Notes: a model not told the origin generated them from the letters alone. Positions 11,262 to 24,742 are shown, numbered from the stretch's first letter. The stretch: DNA of 64,000 nucleotides from Escherichia coli (GCF_024298765.1 NZ_CP101210.1); one strand, 5' to 3'. Numbers and translations: made by a program.

Positions 11262-12278
11262 ATGTCCACATTACGCCTGCTCATCTCTGACTCTTACGAC
11301 CCGTGGTTTAACCTGGCGGTGGAGGAGTGTATTTTTCGCCAGATGCCCGCCACGCAGCGCGTTCTGTTTCTCTGGCGCAATGCCGACACGGTAGTGATTG
11401 GTCGCGCGCAGAACCCGTGGAAAGAGTGTAATACCCGGCGGATGGAAGAAGATAACGTCCGCCTGGCGCGGCGCAGTAGCGGTGGCGGCGCGGTGTTCCA
11501 CGATCTCGGCAATACCTGCTTTACCTTTATGGCTGGCAAGCCGGAGTACGATAAAACCATCTCCACGTCGATTGTGCTCAATGCTCTGAACGCGCTCGGC
11601 GTCAGCGCCGAAGCGTCCGGACGTAACGATCTGGTGGTGAAAACCGCCGAAGGCGACCGCAAAGTCTCAGGCTCAGCCTATCGCGAAACCAAAGATCGCG
11701 GCTTCCATCACGGCACCTTGCTACTCAATGCCGACCTTAGCCGCCTGGCAAACTATCTCAATCCGGATAAAAAGAAACTGGCGGCGAAAGGCATTACCTC
11801 AGTGCGTTCCCGTGTGACCAATCTGACCGAATTGCTGCCGGGGATCACCCATGAGCAGATTTGCGAGGCCATAACCGAGGCCTTTTTCGCCCATTATGGC
11901 GAGCGCGTGGAAGCGGAAATCATCTCCCCGGACAAAACGCCAGACTTGCCAAACTTCGCCGAAACCTTTGCCCGCCAGAGTAGCTGGGAATGGAACTTCG
12001 GTCAGGCTCCGGCATTCTCGCATCTGCTGGATGAACGCTTTACCTGGGGCGGCGTGGAACTGCATTTCGACGTTGAAAAAGGCCATATCACCCGCGCCCA
12101 GGTGTTTACCGACAGCCTCAACCCCGCGCCGCTGGAAGCCCTCGCCGGGCGACTGCAAGGCTGTCTGTACCGCGCGGATATGCTGCAACAGGAGTGCGAA
12201 GCGCTGCTGGTTGACTTCCCGGAACAGGAAAAAGAGCTACGGGAGTTGTCAGCGTGGATGGCAGGGGCGGTAAGGTAA
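11262..12278 (+). CDS. lplA: lipoate-protein ligase A
   Basis: 338 aa beginning [22 protein letters not shown]. Confidence 0.95.
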   Translation: MSTLRLLISDSYDPWFNLAVEECIFRQMPATQRVLFLWRNADTVVIGRAQNPWKECNTRRMEEDNVRLARRSSGGGAVFHDLGNTCFTFMAGKPEYDKTISTSIVLNALNALGVSAEASGRNDLVVKTAEGDRKVSGSAYRETKDRGFHHGTLLLNADLSRLANYLNPDKKKLAAKGITSVRSRVTNLTELLPGITHEQICEAITEAFFAHYGERVEAEIISPDKTPDLPNFAETFARQSSWEWNFGQAPAFSHLLDERFTWGGVELHFDVEKGHITRAQVFTDSLNPAPLEALAGRLQGCLYRADMLQQECEALLVDFPEQEKELRELSAWMAGAVR

Positions 12279-12309
12279 CTCGCTGATTAAAATATCCAGG
12301 GAAGGAAAT

Positions 12310-12573
12310 ATGATCGATCTGGAAAACCAGGAACGGGAGATTATCAATTTAATGTTCAGCCAGGGTATATCCTGGCTAACCGCCGTGCGTATCAGGCATA
12401 AATTATCGCTTGCTGAAGTAAGTAAAATGTTAGGTATCTCCATTAATTCTCTAAAACAGATCGAAAAGACGGAACGGCTTAGTTCAAACATCAAAAGCAA
12501 AATGGCAGGAATTTATGGTTGTCCACCAGAGTTGCTGATATGCCCTTCCTGGATGACGGCTGAACATAAATGA
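12310..12573 (+). CDS. small HTH-domain protein, 87 aa (function unknown)
   Basis: AAGGAA Shine-Dalgarno 5 nt upstream; HTH-like LSLAEVSKMLGISINSLKQIEK; AT-rich; sits where K-12 has yjjJ. Confidence 0.45.
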   Translation: MIDLENQEREIINLMFSQGISWLTAVRIRHKLSLAEVSKMLGISINSLKQIEKTERLSSNIKSKMAGIYGCPPELLICPSWMTAEHK

Positions 12574-12670
12574 ATAGATTCGTGAATAGATACTTGAATG
12601 GATTTTATTTTCTATCCATATGAAAAATAATAGTAAATCTATAAATCAGTTGCTATTGATGAATAGATAC
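12571..12670. repeat. three direct copies of TGAATAGAT (12571, 12583, 12660) downstream of the small HTH ORF
   Basis: read directly from sequence. Confidence 0.5.
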
Positions 12671-12671
12671 T

Positions 12672-12700
12672 AAAAAGCCGGAGCAGTCTCCCGCTCCGGC
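12672..12700 (-). terminator. intrinsic terminator after deoD
   Basis: gccggagc...gctccggc hairpin followed by a T-run on the minus strand. Confidence 0.7.
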
Positions 12701-12733
12701 TTCACAAGGCAATCGCCTTTCAGCAAAACACAA

Positions 12734-13453
12734 TTACTCTTTATCGCCCAACAGAACGGATTCCAGTGCGATTTTGATCATGTCGTTGAAGGTGGTCTGA
12801 CGCTCAGCGGCAGTGGTCTGCTCGTGAGTGCGGATGTGGTCAGACACGGTGCAGATGGTCAGGGCTTTCGCGCCAAATTCTGCAGCGACGCCGTAGATGC
12901 CAGCGGCTTCCATTTCCACGCCGAGGATGCCGTATTTTTCCATCACGTCGAACATTTCGCCGTCCGGAGAGTAGAACAGGTCAGCGGAGAACAGGTTACC
13001 AACGCGAGCATCAACGCCCAGTGCTTTAGCCGCGTCTACCGCGTTACGCACCATGTCGAAGTCAGCGATAGCGGCAAAGTCATGGTCTTTAAAACGGATG
13101 CGGTTAACTTTGGAATCGGTGCAGGCACCCATACCGATAACGACGTCGCGCAGTTTTACGTGCGGCAGAACAGCGCCACAGGAACCAACGCGGATAATTT
13201 TCTTCACGCCGAAATCGGTGATCAGTTCTTTGGTGTAGATGGAGCAGGACGGGATACCCATACCGTGGCCCATTACGGAAATTTTGCGGCCTTTGTAAGT
13301 ACCGGTGAAGCCCAGCATACCGCGAACGTTGTTCACTTCACGGGCATCTTCAAGGAAAGTTTCAGCAATATACTTCGCACGCAGCGGGTCGCCTGGCATC
13401 AAAACTACGTCAGCGAAATCGCCCATTTCTGCATTAATGTGTGGGGTAGCCAT
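12734..13453 (-). CDS. deoD: purine nucleoside phosphorylase DeoD
   Basis: 239 aa, [28 protein letters not shown]. Confidence 0.95.
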   Translation of the reverse strand: MATPHINAEMGDFADVVLMPGDPLRAKYIAETFLEDAREVNNVRGMLGFTGTYKGRKISVMGHGMGIPSCSIYTKELITDFGVKKIIRVGSCGAVLPHVKLRDVVIGMGACTDSKVNRIRFKDHDFAAIADFDMVRNAVDAAKALGVDARVGNLFSADLFYSPDGEMFDVMEKYGILGVEMEAAGIYGVAAEFGAKALTICTVSDHIRTHEQTTAAERQTTFNDMIKIALESVLLGDKE

Positions 13454-13478
13454 TGTTTTATCCTTATCAACATGTTTT

Positions 13479-13514
13479 CACCCTCTCCCTGTGGGAGAGG
13501 GCCGGGGTGAGGGC
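13479..13514. repeat. GC-rich palindromic intergenic element
   Basis: ccctctccc tgt gggagaggg ccggggtgaggg between deoB and deoD; family name uncertain. Confidence 0.4.
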
Positions 13515-13532
13515 ATCAAGCCGCACCCATTA

Positions 13533-14777
<1,245 letters not shown>

Positions 14778-14807
14778 TCAAATTTAAATGATCAGATCAG
14801 TATACCG

Positions 14808-16130
14808 TTATTCGCTGATACGGCGATAGACAGTTGGTGTGCTTTCCGGTGCTTTATCGGCAAGTTTAATTGCCGCTTTCACCGCTTTCGCCGCTTCCTG
14901 CCAGCTGTTTTCGTCTTTCGCGTGGATAACTGCCAGCGGACGCTGACCGTCTACCTGGTCGCCCAGACGCGCCATATCAGTAAAGCCGACGCTGTAATCG
15001 ATGGTGTCAGATGCCTGACGGCGTCCGCCGCCCATTGCAACCACTGCCATCCCCAGCGCGCGGGTATCCATTTCACTGACAAACCCTTCGGTATCAGCAT
15101 AGACTGCTTTCGTCAGCATCGCTGTCGGCAGATACTTCGCGTAGTTCTCAACGAAGTCGGTCGGGCCTTTTTGTGCCGCTACCATACGACCAAAGACTTC
15201 TGCCGCTTTACCGTTGTCCAGCACCGCCTGCAATTTCGCGCGCGCTTCGGCGTCATCTTTCGCCAGTTTGCCGGAGATCAGCATCTCCACGCACAGTGCC
15301 ATCGTGACATCAAACAGACGCGGGTTACGATATTCACCCGTCAGGAACTGCACCGCTTCACGAACTTCAACCGCGTTACCTGCACTGGAGGCCAGTACCT
15401 GATTCATATCGGTGAGCAGCGCGGTGGTGCGCACGCCAGCGCCGTTAGCCACGCCAACAATCGCTTCGGCAAGGGCTTCAGAGAGTTCGTAGGTCGGCAT
15501 AAACGCGCCGCTACCTACTTTCACGTCCATCACCAGCGCGTCCAGACCTTCCGCCAGTTTCTTCGCCAGAATAGAGGCAGTGATCAGCGGGATGGAGTCC
15601 ACGGTTGCGGTAATATCACGGGTCGCGTAGAAACGTTTATCCGCCGGAGCCAGTGAGCTGGTCTGGCCGATAATCGCCACGCCGACGTCTTTAATAATTT
15701 CGCGGAAACGGTTGTCATCCGGGAAAATGTCGAAGCCAGGGATGGATTCCAGTTTGTCGAGCGTACCGCCAGTATGACCGAGGCCGCGACCGGAGATCAT
15801 CGGAATATAGCCGCCGCAGGCTGCGACCATCGGCCCCAACATCAGCGAAGTGACATCGCCGACGCCGCCGGTCGAGTGTTTATCAACAATCGGGCCATTC
15901 AGATGCAGGCTTTTCCAGTCGAGAACGGTTCCTGAATCTCGCATAGCCATGGTCAGCGAGACACGCTCAGGCATTGTCATATCGTGGAAGAAAATGGTCA
16001 TCGCGAGGGCGGCAATCTGCCCTTCGGAGATAGTGTTGTCGCGAATACCGTTGATAAAGAAACGAATTTCTTCATCGCTTAGCGCATGACCATCACGTTT
16101 TTTACGAATAATTTCTTGTGCGAGAAACAA
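14808..16130 (-). CDS. deoA: thymidine phosphorylase DeoA
   Basis: 440 aa, [22 protein letters not shown]. Confidence 0.95.
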
Positions 16131-16164
16131 GGTAACCTCCCGAGGAAAAGAGTATGAGGCGGCT

Positions 16165-16240
16165 TTTGCCGGATGCGTCTACGCCTTATCCGGCCTACGG
16201 GTAGATACGTCTCGTAGGCCTGATAAGCGCAGCGCATCAG
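16165..16240. repeat. REP (palindromic unit) elements
   Basis: gccggatgcgtctacgccttatccggcctac and its inverse. Confidence 0.7.
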
Positions 16241-16256
16241 GCGTAAAGCATCTTAC

Positions 16257-17036
16257 TTAGTAGCTGCTGGCGCTCTTACCGTCACCGTGGCCCAGCGCTT
16301 TCAACAGGCTTGCCAGCAGGCTGGAAGCACCAAAGCGGTAGTGACGCGCATCTGCCCAGTCAGCACCGAACAGTTCATCTGCGATGGCGAGATATTTCTG
16401 CGCATCTTCCGCAGTACGCACGCCGCCCGCTGGTTTGAAACCAACGGTTTTTTCTACGCCCATATCACGGATCACTTCCATCATGATGCGCGCGCTTTCC
16501 GGCGTCGCGTTCACAGCCACTTTACCGGTAGAGGTTTTGATGAAGTCCGCACCCGCTTTGATGGAGATTTCAGACGCTTTACGGATCAGCGCTTCGTCTT
16601 TCAGTTCGCCGGTTTCGATGATCACTTTCAGCAGTACATTCGCTGCCGCGCAAGCCTCTTTACAGGCTTTCACCAGGTCAAAACCAACCTGCTCGTTACC
16701 CGCCATCAGCGCGCGGTACGGGAACACAACGTCAACTTCATCAGCACCGTAGGCGATTGCCGCACGGGTTTCTGCCAGCGCGATTTCGATGTCATCGTTA
16801 CCGTGTGGGAAGTTGGTTACCGTAGCGATTCGGATTTCCGGGGTGCCCTGCTCTTTCAGCGTTTTGCGAGCAATCGGGATAAAGCGAGGATAGATACAGA
16901 TAGCGGCGGTATTGCCGACCGGAGTTTTGGCCTGATGACACAGAGCAATTACTTTCTCGTCGGTGTCGTCGTCATTCAGGGTGGTCAGGTCCATCAATTT
17001 CAGTGCACGCAGGCTGCTTGCTTTCAGATCAGTCAT
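16257..17036 (-). CDS. deoC: deoxyribose-phosphate aldolase DeoC
   Basis: start set at MTDLKASSL (259 aa); ORF extends to 17060. Confidence 0.9.
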
Positions 17037-17080
17037 TTCATTCTCCTGGCTTGTCGCCAATAAAATTCACCTTGCGAGTT

Positions 17081-17096
17081 TGTTAGTATTCTAACA
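17081..17096. promoter_or_regulatory. DeoR operator O2 (deoP2)
   Basis: tgttagtattctaaca, 16-bp near-palindrome 45 bp upstream of deoC. Confidence 0.75.
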
Positions 17097-17293
17097 TCTA
17101 CTCCGCAACACACTTCGATATACATCACAATTAAGGAAATCTACTTACAAGTTTGCATCACTGTAATGCGATCTGGTTCAAATAATTCACTTTCAAATGA
17201 ATGCGTCAGTGGTGGCAAACGCATCAGGATCAAAGTGAACATCACGAAACTTCTTACAATGGCGCATCACCTTCGGCATAAAAGGAAAAGAAG

Positions 17294-18844
17294 ATGCCCA
17301 CTTCTCATGAAAATGCACTGCAACAACGTTGCCAGCAAATTGTCACCAGCCCAGTGCTTAGCCCGGAGCAGAAGCGCCATTTTCTGGCTCTGGAAGCAGA
17401 AAACAATCTGCCTTATCCGCAGCTTCCTGCCGAAGCCCGCCGCGCGCTGGATGAGGGTGTAATCTGCGATATGTTTGAAGGTCATGCGCCGTACAAACCG
17501 CGCTATGTCTTACCCGATTACGCCCGTTTTCTGGCGAACGGTTCCGAATGGCTGGAGCTGGAAGGCGCGAAAGATCTTGATGATGCACTCTCTCTGCTGA
17601 CCATTCTTTACCACCACGTACCATCGGTCACATCGATGCCGGTCTACCTGGGGCAACTGGATGCGTTGTTGCAACCGTATGTTAGAATTCTAACACAAGA
17701 CGAGATCGATATTCGAATAAAACGTTTCTGGCGTTACCTCGACAGAACCCTGCCAGACGCCTTTATGCACGCCAATATCGGCCCGTCTGATTCGCCCATT
17801 ACCCGCGCGATCTTACGTGCAGACGCAGAGTTGAAGCAGGTTTCACCGAACCTGACCTTTATCTACGATCCTGAAATCACCCCTGATGACCTACTGCTGG
17901 AAGTGGCGAAGAACATCTGTGAATGTAGCAAACCGCACATCGCCAACGGTCCGGTGCATGATAAAATTTTCACAAAAGGGGGCTACGGGATTGTGAGCTG
18001 TTACAACTCACTGCCGCTGGCGGGTGGTGGCAGCACGCTGGTACGCCTTAACCTGAAAGCCATTGCCGAGCGCAGTGAATCGCTGGATGACTTCTTTACA
18101 CGCACTCTACCGCACTACTGCCAGCAGCAGATCGCCATCATCGATGCGCGGTGTGAATTCCTCTATCAACAATCACACTTCTTTGAGAATAGCTTCCTGG
18201 TGAAAGAAGGGCTGATTAACCCTGAACGTTTTGTGCCAATGTTTGGCATGTACGGATTGGCGGAAGCAGTTAACTTACTGTGTGAGAAAGAAGGAATTGT
18301 CGCACGTTACGGTAAAGAAGCCGCTGCAAATGAAGTGGGTTATCGCATCAGCGCGCAACTGGCGGAGTTTGTCGCCAATACCCCCGTGAAATATGGCTGG
18401 CAAAAACGCGCCATGCTACACGCACAGTCGGGGATCAGTTCCGATATTGGCACCACGCCGGGTGCACGCTTGCCGTATGGTGATGAGCCAGATCCGATCA
18501 CCCATCTGCAAACCGTCGCCCCGCATCATGCTTATTATTATTCCGGCATCAGCGACATTCTGACGCTCGACGAAACCATCAAACGTAATCCGCAGGCGCT
18601 GGTACAGCTTTGCCTCGGTGCCTTTAAAGCCGGAATGCGTGAATTTACCGCCAATGTCAGCGGTAACGATCTGGTTCGCGTTACCGGTTATATGGTGCGT
18701 TTGTCGGATTTAGAAAAATATCGCGCCGAAGGTTCACGCACCAACACCACCTGGCTGGGAGAAGAAGCCGCACGCAACACTCGTATTCTGGAACGCCAGC
18801 CGCGCGTGATAAGCCATGAACAGCAGATGCGCTTTAGTCAGTAA
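17294..18844 (+). CDS. yjjI: YjjI, glycine-radical-enzyme-like protein (DUF3029)
   Basis: 516 aa, divergent from deoC; the 5' part overlaps deoP1/O1/OE if the first ATG is the true start. Confidence 0.85.
   Translation: MPTSHENALQQRCQQIVTSPVLSPEQKRHFLALEAENNLPYPQLPAEARRALDEGVICDMFEGHAPYKPRYVLPDYARFLANGSEWLELEGAKDLDDALSLLTILYHHVPSVTSMPVYLGQLDALLQPYVRILTQDEIDIRIKRFWRYLDRTLPDAFMHANIGPSDSPITRAILRADAELKQVSPNLTFIYDPEITPDDLLLEVAKNICECSKPHIANGPVHDKIFTKGGYGIVSCYNSLPLAGGGSTLVRLNLKAIAERSESLDDFFTRTLPHYCQQQIAIIDARCEFLYQQSHFFENSFLVKEGLINPERFVPMFGMYGLAEAVNLLCEKEGIVARYGKEAAANEVGYRISAQLAEFVANTPVKYGWQKRAMLHAQSGISSDIGTTPGARLPYGDEPDPITHLQTVAPHHAYYYSGISDILTLDETIKRNPQALVQLCLGAFKAGMREFTANVSGNDLVRVTGYMVRLSDLEKYRAEGSRTNTTWLGEEAARNTRILERQPRVISHEQQMRFSQ
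17680..17695. promoter_or_regulatory. DeoR operator O1 (deoP1)
   Basis: perfect palindrome tgttagaattctaaca, centre exactly 599 bp from O2 as in the literature. Confidence 0.75.
17959..17974. promoter_or_regulatory. candidate DeoR operator OE
   Basis: tgataaaattttcaca; centre 878 bp from O2 and 279 bp from O1, matching the published spacing. Confidence 0.5.
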
Positions 18845-19679
18845 GATTATCCCCTTCTCCTGCGTTGACGGGCCAGGCAGTCGTCTGGCTCTGTTTTTGC
18901 AGGGCTGCAATCTGCGCTGCAAAAACTGTCACAATCCGTGGACGATGGGGCGCTGTAATGATTGCGGAGAGTGCGTGCCGCAGTGTCCGCATCAGGCGTT
19001 GCAGATTGTTAACGGCAAAGTGGTGTGGAACGCTGTGGTTTGCGAGCAATGTGATACCTGCCTGAAGATGTGCCCGCAACATGCCACGCCAATGGCGCAA
19101 TCCATGAGCGTGGATGAGGTGCTTAGCCATATCCGCAAAGCAGTGCTGTTTATTGAAGGGATAACGGTGAGCGGCGGCGAAGCCACGACCCAGCTGCCGT
19201 TTGTGGTGGCGCTGTTTACTGCCATCAAAAACGATCCGCAACTGTGCCATCTCACCTGTCTGGTGGACAGTAACGGTATGTTGAGCGAAACCGGCTGGGA
19301 AAAATTACTTCCGGTGTGCGACGGCGCAATGCTCGATCTCAAAGCGTGGGGGAGCGAATGTCATCAGCAATTAACCGGACGCGATAATCAGCAGATTAAG
19401 CGCAGCATCTGTTTGCTTGCCGAGCGCGGCAAGCTGGCAGAACTGCGTTTGCTGGTAATCCCTGGCCAGGTGGATTATTTGCAACACATCGAAGAACTGG
19501 CGGCGTTTATCAAGGGACTTGGCGATGTTCCGGTACGCCTGAACGCGTTTCATGCCCACGGCGTGTATGGCGAAGCGCAAAGCTGGGCGAGCGCCACGCC
19601 GGAAGATGTTGAGCACCTGGCTGGCGCTTTACAGGAGCGCGGGGTGAGCCGGTTGATATTTCCGGCGCTATATTTGTGA
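18816..19679 (+). CDS. yjjW: radical SAM glycyl-radical activating enzyme YjjW
   Basis: 287 aa with Cys-rich 4Fe-4S motifs; overlaps the yjjI 3' end. Confidence 0.85.
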   Translation: MNSRCALVSKIIPFSCVDGPGSRLALFLQGCNLRCKNCHNPWTMGRCNDCGECVPQCPHQALQIVNGKVVWNAVVCEQCDTCLKMCPQHATPMAQSMSVDEVLSHIRKAVLFIEGITVSGGEATTQLPFVVALFTAIKNDPQLCHLTCLVDSNGMLSETGWEKLLPVCDGAMLDLKAWGSECHQQLTGRDNQQIKRSICLLAERGKLAELRLLVIPGQVDYLQHIEELAAFIKGLGDVPVRLNAFHAHGVYGEAQSWASATPEDVEHLAGALQERGVSRLIFPALYL

Positions 19680-19680
19680 C

Positions 19681-19905
19681 ATGCCGGATGTGGCCTACGG
19701 ATCGGCACAGACCTGTAGGCATGATAAGACGCGTCAAGCGTCGCATCAGGCATTGTGCGCCAGCTGCCGGATGCGGCGTGAACGCCTTATCCGGCCTACG
19801 GTTCGGCACAGACTTGTAGGCATGATAAGACGCGTCAGCGTCGCATCAGGCATTGTGCGCCAACGGCCGGATGCGGCGTAAACGCCTTGTCCGGCCTACG
19901 GCACG
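19681..19905. repeat. REP/BIME cluster
   Basis: four alternating gccggatgcggcgtgaacgccttatccggcctac-type units. Confidence 0.8.
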
Positions 19906-20675
19906 TTAAACAACGTATACGTGTTATTAAGCAACACTTCGGCAATTTCATCTTCTGGTTCCGGGCGTAACTCGCAAAGCACGGCAAACACCCGCGCGGC
20001 CTGTTCCGGGCGATTAGGCTGCCCCTGAAAACCGTTGAGCGGCATATCCGGCGCGTCGGTTTCCAGCAACAACGATGCCAGCGGTAATTTTGCGATGACA
20101 TCGCGGGTTTTACTGGCGCGTGGATAGGTGATAGTACCGCCTACGCCGATTTTGTAGCCCAGCAGTACAAACCGTTCGGCCTGTTGCAGGCTGCCGGAAA
20201 AACCGTGAACCACGCCAGTGCGTGGCAAATCGTGGCGTTTAAGATGCATCGCCAGTTTGTCGTGTGTGCGCCGTGAATGCAGGATCACCGGCAGATCGTA
20301 GCGTTTCGCCAGTTTCAGTTGTTCGTCGAGTAACCACTGCTGCCTCTCAAATTGCGGATCGTCGCCGAAGAGATCCAGACCGATCTCCCCCACCGCCACC
20401 ACCTTCGCCGGACGCCTTTCCAGCGCCTGCTGTAGCTGATCAAGAGACACATCGCTATGTTTTTTCAACATACCAGGATGCAAGCCCAATGCGGCATACA
20501 GCGGTTGATATTTTTCCGCTAACGCCTGCACGCGGGCAAAATTTTCCGCCTCTGTCGCCGGAACAATGATCTTGCCTACGCCCGCTTGTGCCGCGCGTTG
20601 CAGGCTGGCCTCTTCATCGCCACTAAACGGCGGAAAATCAAAATGGCAGTGGGTGTCGATAAAACGGCAAATCAA
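19896..20675 (-). CDS. yjjV: TatD-family metal-dependent hydrolase/DNase YjjV
   Basis: 259 aa, N-terminal FIDTHCHFDF. Confidence 0.85.
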   Translation of the reverse strand: MICRFIDTHCHFDFPPFSGDEEASLQRAAQAGVGKIIVPATEAENFARVQALAEKYQPLYAALGLHPGMLKKHSDVSLDQLQQALERRPAKVVAVGEIGLDLFGDDPQFERQQWLLDEQLKLAKRYDLPVILHSRRTHDKLAMHLKRHDLPRTGVVHGFSGSLQQAERFVLLGYKIGVGGTITYPRASKTRDVIAKLPLASLLLETDAPDMPLNGFQGQPNRPEQAARVFAVLCELRPEPEDEIAEVLLNNTYTLFNVP

Positions 20676-21745
20676 GCCAGATCCTCATTGTTAAATGTCG
20701 GGTCGTTCGCCTGCGGAGCATCGCTCACTTCGGCAACCAGCGTATCGTTGGCGACTGGCGCAGGCGGAATAACGATCGATTCCGGCGTCATCACTGGCAC
20801 CAGATGGCGGGTAAGCGGCGCTTTTTCAGTTAATAACTTACCGACCGTTGCCAGAAAATAACGACCGCATAAACGCCCAAGTTTATAGTCTTCACGCAGC
20901 GCCGGAATCCGACTGCCAAGCGCGATACTATGCAACGGCTTCGGCGGATAAATTTCGAATATCCGCAGCTGGCCCGGTGGTTTCTCAATAAATTGCTGAA
21001 TCTCACGATAGCTGGTTTCATGATGCTGCACCAGATTGACCAGCGGCTGCAGGCTACTGTCACCCAGCCAGCGTTCCATGCGTTTGAACCACTGCGGCGT
21101 GTAGTACATTTGTGACGGCACAGTGCGAATGACGACCAACGTTTTAGCGCCCTGCCTTGCCGCCTCTTTAACCGGAATCGCATCACTGATCCCACCATCC
21201 AGGTAGTTAATGCCTTCCAGCGACACTCCGCTACGATAAAAGCCAGGTATCGCACTGGAGGCGCGAATCACATCCAGCCAGTTTTGTTTGGTTGGTAAAA
21301 AGTAATTCGGCGCATAGTCATCCTGACGACAGGCGCACATATAAAACGATTTGCCGCTGTCAAACAACCGCGCGGCGGTATCCATTTGCAACGGCATCTG
21401 GCTTGCGGTGGCCTCCACCAGCCAGTCGAGATCGATAAGATTTCCTCCACGGACAAAGCGCAATGGATCGAAAAATTCGCGTTTTGTGGTATAGCGCATG
21501 ATGACTTTGCGCGCGTAACCGGGCTGATTGCAGATATACGCCGAGAGGTTCTGCGCCCCGGCAGATGTGCCGAGATAAAGATCGAAAGGATTAAACTGCG
21601 CGCGCATAAACTCATCCAGCACGCCAGCCGTGAAAATTCCACGCTGCCCGCCGCCTTCGCACACCAGAGCTATTCGTCCAGGCTGGAACGGCCTTAGCGA
21701 CAACGGCGCAATGTTACCAAGCGTTACAGGTATTCGCTGCCCCAC
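20672..21745 (-). CDS. yjjU: patatin-like phospholipase YjjU
   Basis: GGGQRG and GTSAG motifs; start set at GTG to give 357 aa (track ORF starts at an upstream TTG). Confidence 0.8.
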   Translation of the reverse strand: MGQRIPVTLGNIAPLSLRPFQPGRIALVCEGGGQRGIFTAGVLDEFMRAQFNPFDLYLGTSAGAQNLSAYICNQPGYARKVIMRYTTKREFFDPLRFVRGGNLIDLDWLVEATASQMPLQMDTAARLFDSGKSFYMCACRQDDYAPNYFLPTKQNWLDVIRASSAIPGFYRSGVSLEGINYLDGGISDAIPVKEAARQGAKTLVVIRTVPSQMYYTPQWFKRMERWLGDSSLQPLVNLVQHHETSYREIQQFIEKPPGQLRIFEIYPPKPLHSIALGSRIPALREDYKLGRLCGRYFLATVGKLLTEKAPLTRHLVPVMTPESIVIPPAPVANDTLVAEVSDAPQANDPTFNNEDLA

Positions 21746-21866
21746 CTCTGCCTTCCTGTTTTTGTTGTGAAAGAATGACAAAGTAACGCAATTTATTATT
21801 CGCTAAAACCGCAAAAGCCAGTCCGCTGGACTGGCTTTGGATAAAATTTTCTTAATGGTCTGAAAT

Positions 21867-22028
21867 CTAGGGTCGTTTTCGGCCCATGAACAAACTCACC
21901 AGGAACAGAATAATCCCGACGACAAAGACAATTTTAGCTGCGCCTGCAGCAGTACCGGCCAGACCACCAAACCCAAGTGCGGCGGCGATTAACGCGATAA
22001 CCAGAAATATGATGCCCCAACGAAACAT
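21867..22028 (-). CDS. ytjA: small membrane protein YtjA (DUF1328)
   Basis: 53 aa hydrophobic protein from [22 protein letters not shown]. Confidence 0.75.
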
Positions 22029-22154
22029 AAGCGTCTCCTTTACCATAGTTAATGTCACCGCTTGATATGAGCGTGAAAATCACTCAACGCGATATTTTTA
22101 GTGTGGTGCACATCGCGCCTCCCGACAAAGTTCGGGAGGTCGAATTACGACGAA

Positions 22155-22760
22155 TTACTTAGTTTTCAGATCATTTTTAACGCTTTTCACACCATCTACC
22201 GCTTTGGCGATACTTTCAGCACGGTCGCTCTGTGCATGGGAATCGACGGTACCGGAGAGCTGAACCACGCCGTCGGTGGTTTCAACTTTCACATGACGGG
22301 AAGGGACAATGTCATCCGCCAGCAGTTTGGCTTTGATTTCACTGGTGGTGGCGGTGTCACCCGCGTAGCCCTTCACAGAGCCTTCTTTAGCGTCGCGAAC
22401 GTGCAGTTTGTCGCTGACAGAGGTCACCCCTTCAACGCCTTTCGCCACTTTCACTGCCTCTTCGGCCTGAGCCTGGCTTTCAACGAAACCGCTCAGGGTC
22501 ACGACTTTTTGATCGGTTTTGACAGAGATATCGGTGCTCTTGATGTTGTCATGATCCACCAGGGCCGCCTTCACTTTCGCGGTGATGGCGCTGTCATCCA
22601 TGAAATTACCGACTTTATTCATAGAGCTATCGACTTTTTGCCCTGTGCTTTCATTGGTAGTCTGCGCGTTGTTTTCCGCGTAGGCAGAGCCGGTCGCGAC
22701 GGCAGAGGTCAACATTACAGCCAGCAGAGTTTTCGAAATCTTCAGTCTTGTCATAGTCAT
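22155..22760 (-). CDS. osmY: osmotically inducible periplasmic protein OsmY
   Basis: 201 aa from [17 protein letters not shown]; signal peptide and two BON domains. Confidence 0.9.
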   Translation of the reverse strand: MTMTRLKISKTLLAVMLTSAVATGSAYAENNAQTTNESTGQKVDSSMNKVGNFMDDSAITAKVKAALVDHDNIKSTDISVKTDQKVVTLSGFVESQAQAEEAVKVAKGVEGVTSVSDKLHVRDAKEGSVKGYAGDTATTSEIKAKLLADDIVPSRHVKVETTDGVVQLSGTVDSHAQSDRAESIAKAVDGVKSVKNDLKTK

Positions 22761-23152
22761 CGATTTATTCCTGTATGTTTGCTCGTAATTTGAGCCTGGC
22801 AACACGAGGTTGCATTGCTGAATAGGGAGAGACTTCACCCTCTACAGAAGTCAATGGCCGCCATCACAAAAGCGATGGGTGATGAATAACGACCATTACA
22901 GCCTCTGAATCAGTTATTAATATCGGTAGAATGACAATCAACGGCTTTAGATACTGATATCTACGCATTGAACGGTATTTAACGCCGTCAGAAATGTCAT
23001 TACTTTGTTAAATATAGATCACAATTTTGAAACCGCTCGGGATATCAGCGAAAACATAAGCAAAAGTGAATGTTTTAAGAACATTCCGTAAGCGGCTAAT
23101 AAGGAAGGGAAATTGACAGGGCGCAGCGGCTACCGCGCCCTGGAGGCAAGAA

Positions 23153-24742
23153 TTAATGCTCGCGGGTCTGGTGGAACTGAACGTCTGGATAACGTTCCTG
23201 CGCCAGGCGCAGGTTGACCATGCTGGTAGCGATGTAAGCGAGGTTATCGCCGCCATCAAGCGCCAGTTGGCTTTCGTTCTTACGCTTGAACTCTTCGAAT
23301 TTCTTCGCGTCCGCACATTCTACCCAGCGGGCAGTGGCAACGTTGACTGACTCATACACTGCTTCAACGTTGTATTCGCTCTTCAGACGCGCTACCACCA
23401 CATCAAACTGCAGCACACCAACCGCACCAACGATCAGATCGTTGTTGGAGATCGGACGGAACACCTGCACCGCGCCCTCTTCGGAAAGCTGTACCAGCCC
23501 TTTAAGCAGCTGTTTTTGCTTCAGCGGATCTTTCAGGCGGATACGACGGAACAGTTCTGGCGCGAAGTTCGGAATACCGGTGAACTTCATCATCTCACCC
23601 TGGGTAAAGGTGTCGCCGATCTGAATGGTGCCGTGGTTGTGCAGACCAAGGATATCGCCAGGATACGCTTCTTCAACGTGCGAACGGTCACCCGCCATAA
23701 AGGTCAGCGCGTCGGAGATCACCACATCTTTCGCAGTACGCACCTGGCGCAGCTTCATGCCTTTTTCATATTTACCGGACACCACACGCATAAACGCCAC
23801 GCGGTCGCGGTGTTTCGGGTCCATGTTGGCCTGAATTTTAAATACGAAGCCGGTAAATTTGTCTTCGCTCGCCTCTACGGTACGGGTATCAGTCTGACGC
23901 GGCATCGGCGCAGGAGCCCACTCCACCAGGCCATCCAGCATATGATCAACGCCGAAGTTACCCAGCGCAGTACCGAAGAATACCGGAGTGATTTCGCCCG
24001 CAAGGAACAGCTCTTTGTCGAACTCGTTAGACGCGCCTTTCACCAGTTCCAGTTCGTCACGTAGCTGCTGTGCTAGATCTTCACCAACCGCAGCGTCGAG
24101 ATCCGGGTTATTCAGCCCTTTAACAATGCGGACTTCCTGAATCGTGTGGCCTTTACCGCTCTGATAGAGATAGGTTTCATCTTTATAAAGGTGGTAAACG
24201 CCTTTAAACAGCTTGCCGCAGCCAATCGGCCAGGTGATCGGTGCGCAGCCGATTTTCAGCTCGTTCTCAACTTCATCGAGCAGCTCCATCGGGTCGCGGA
24301 TATCACGGTCAAGTTTGTTCATAAAGGTGAGGATCGGCGTGTCGCGCAGACGGGTAACTTCCATCAGCTTACGGGTACGATCTTCAACACCTTTTGCGGC
24401 GTCGATAACCATCAGGCAGCAGTCCACCGCCGTCAGGGTACGATAGGTATCTTCCGAGAAGTCTTCGTGCCCCGGGGTGTCGAGCAGGTTAACCAGGCAA
24501 TCGTGATACGGAAACTGCATCACAGACGTAGTAATGGAGATCCCACGCTGCTTTTCCATCTCCATCCAGTCCGACTTAGCGTGCTGGTTGGAACCACGGC
24601 CTTTTACTGTACCGGCGGTCTGAATGGCCTGTCCGAACAGCAGCACCTTCTCGGTGATGGTAGTCTTACCGGCGTCCGGGTGAGAAATAATGGCAAAAGT
24701 GCGGCGCTTCGCCACCTCTTGCAAATAAGGAGACAACGTCAT
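23153..24742 (-). CDS. prfC: peptide chain release factor 3
   Basis: 529 aa from [28 protein letters not shown]ase motif. Confidence 0.95.

Noticed and set aside
17975-18011. TGTGAG-N9-CTCACA inverted repeat as the third DeoR operator
   Set aside because: The site at 17959-17974 fits both the DeoR half-site pattern and the published 878-bp spacing better; this repeat is more likely incidental
19681-19905. Possible CRISPR-like array (regularly repeated ~35-bp units)
   Set aside because: The units are alternating-orientation REP palindromes (BIME) with no unique spacers and no cas genes
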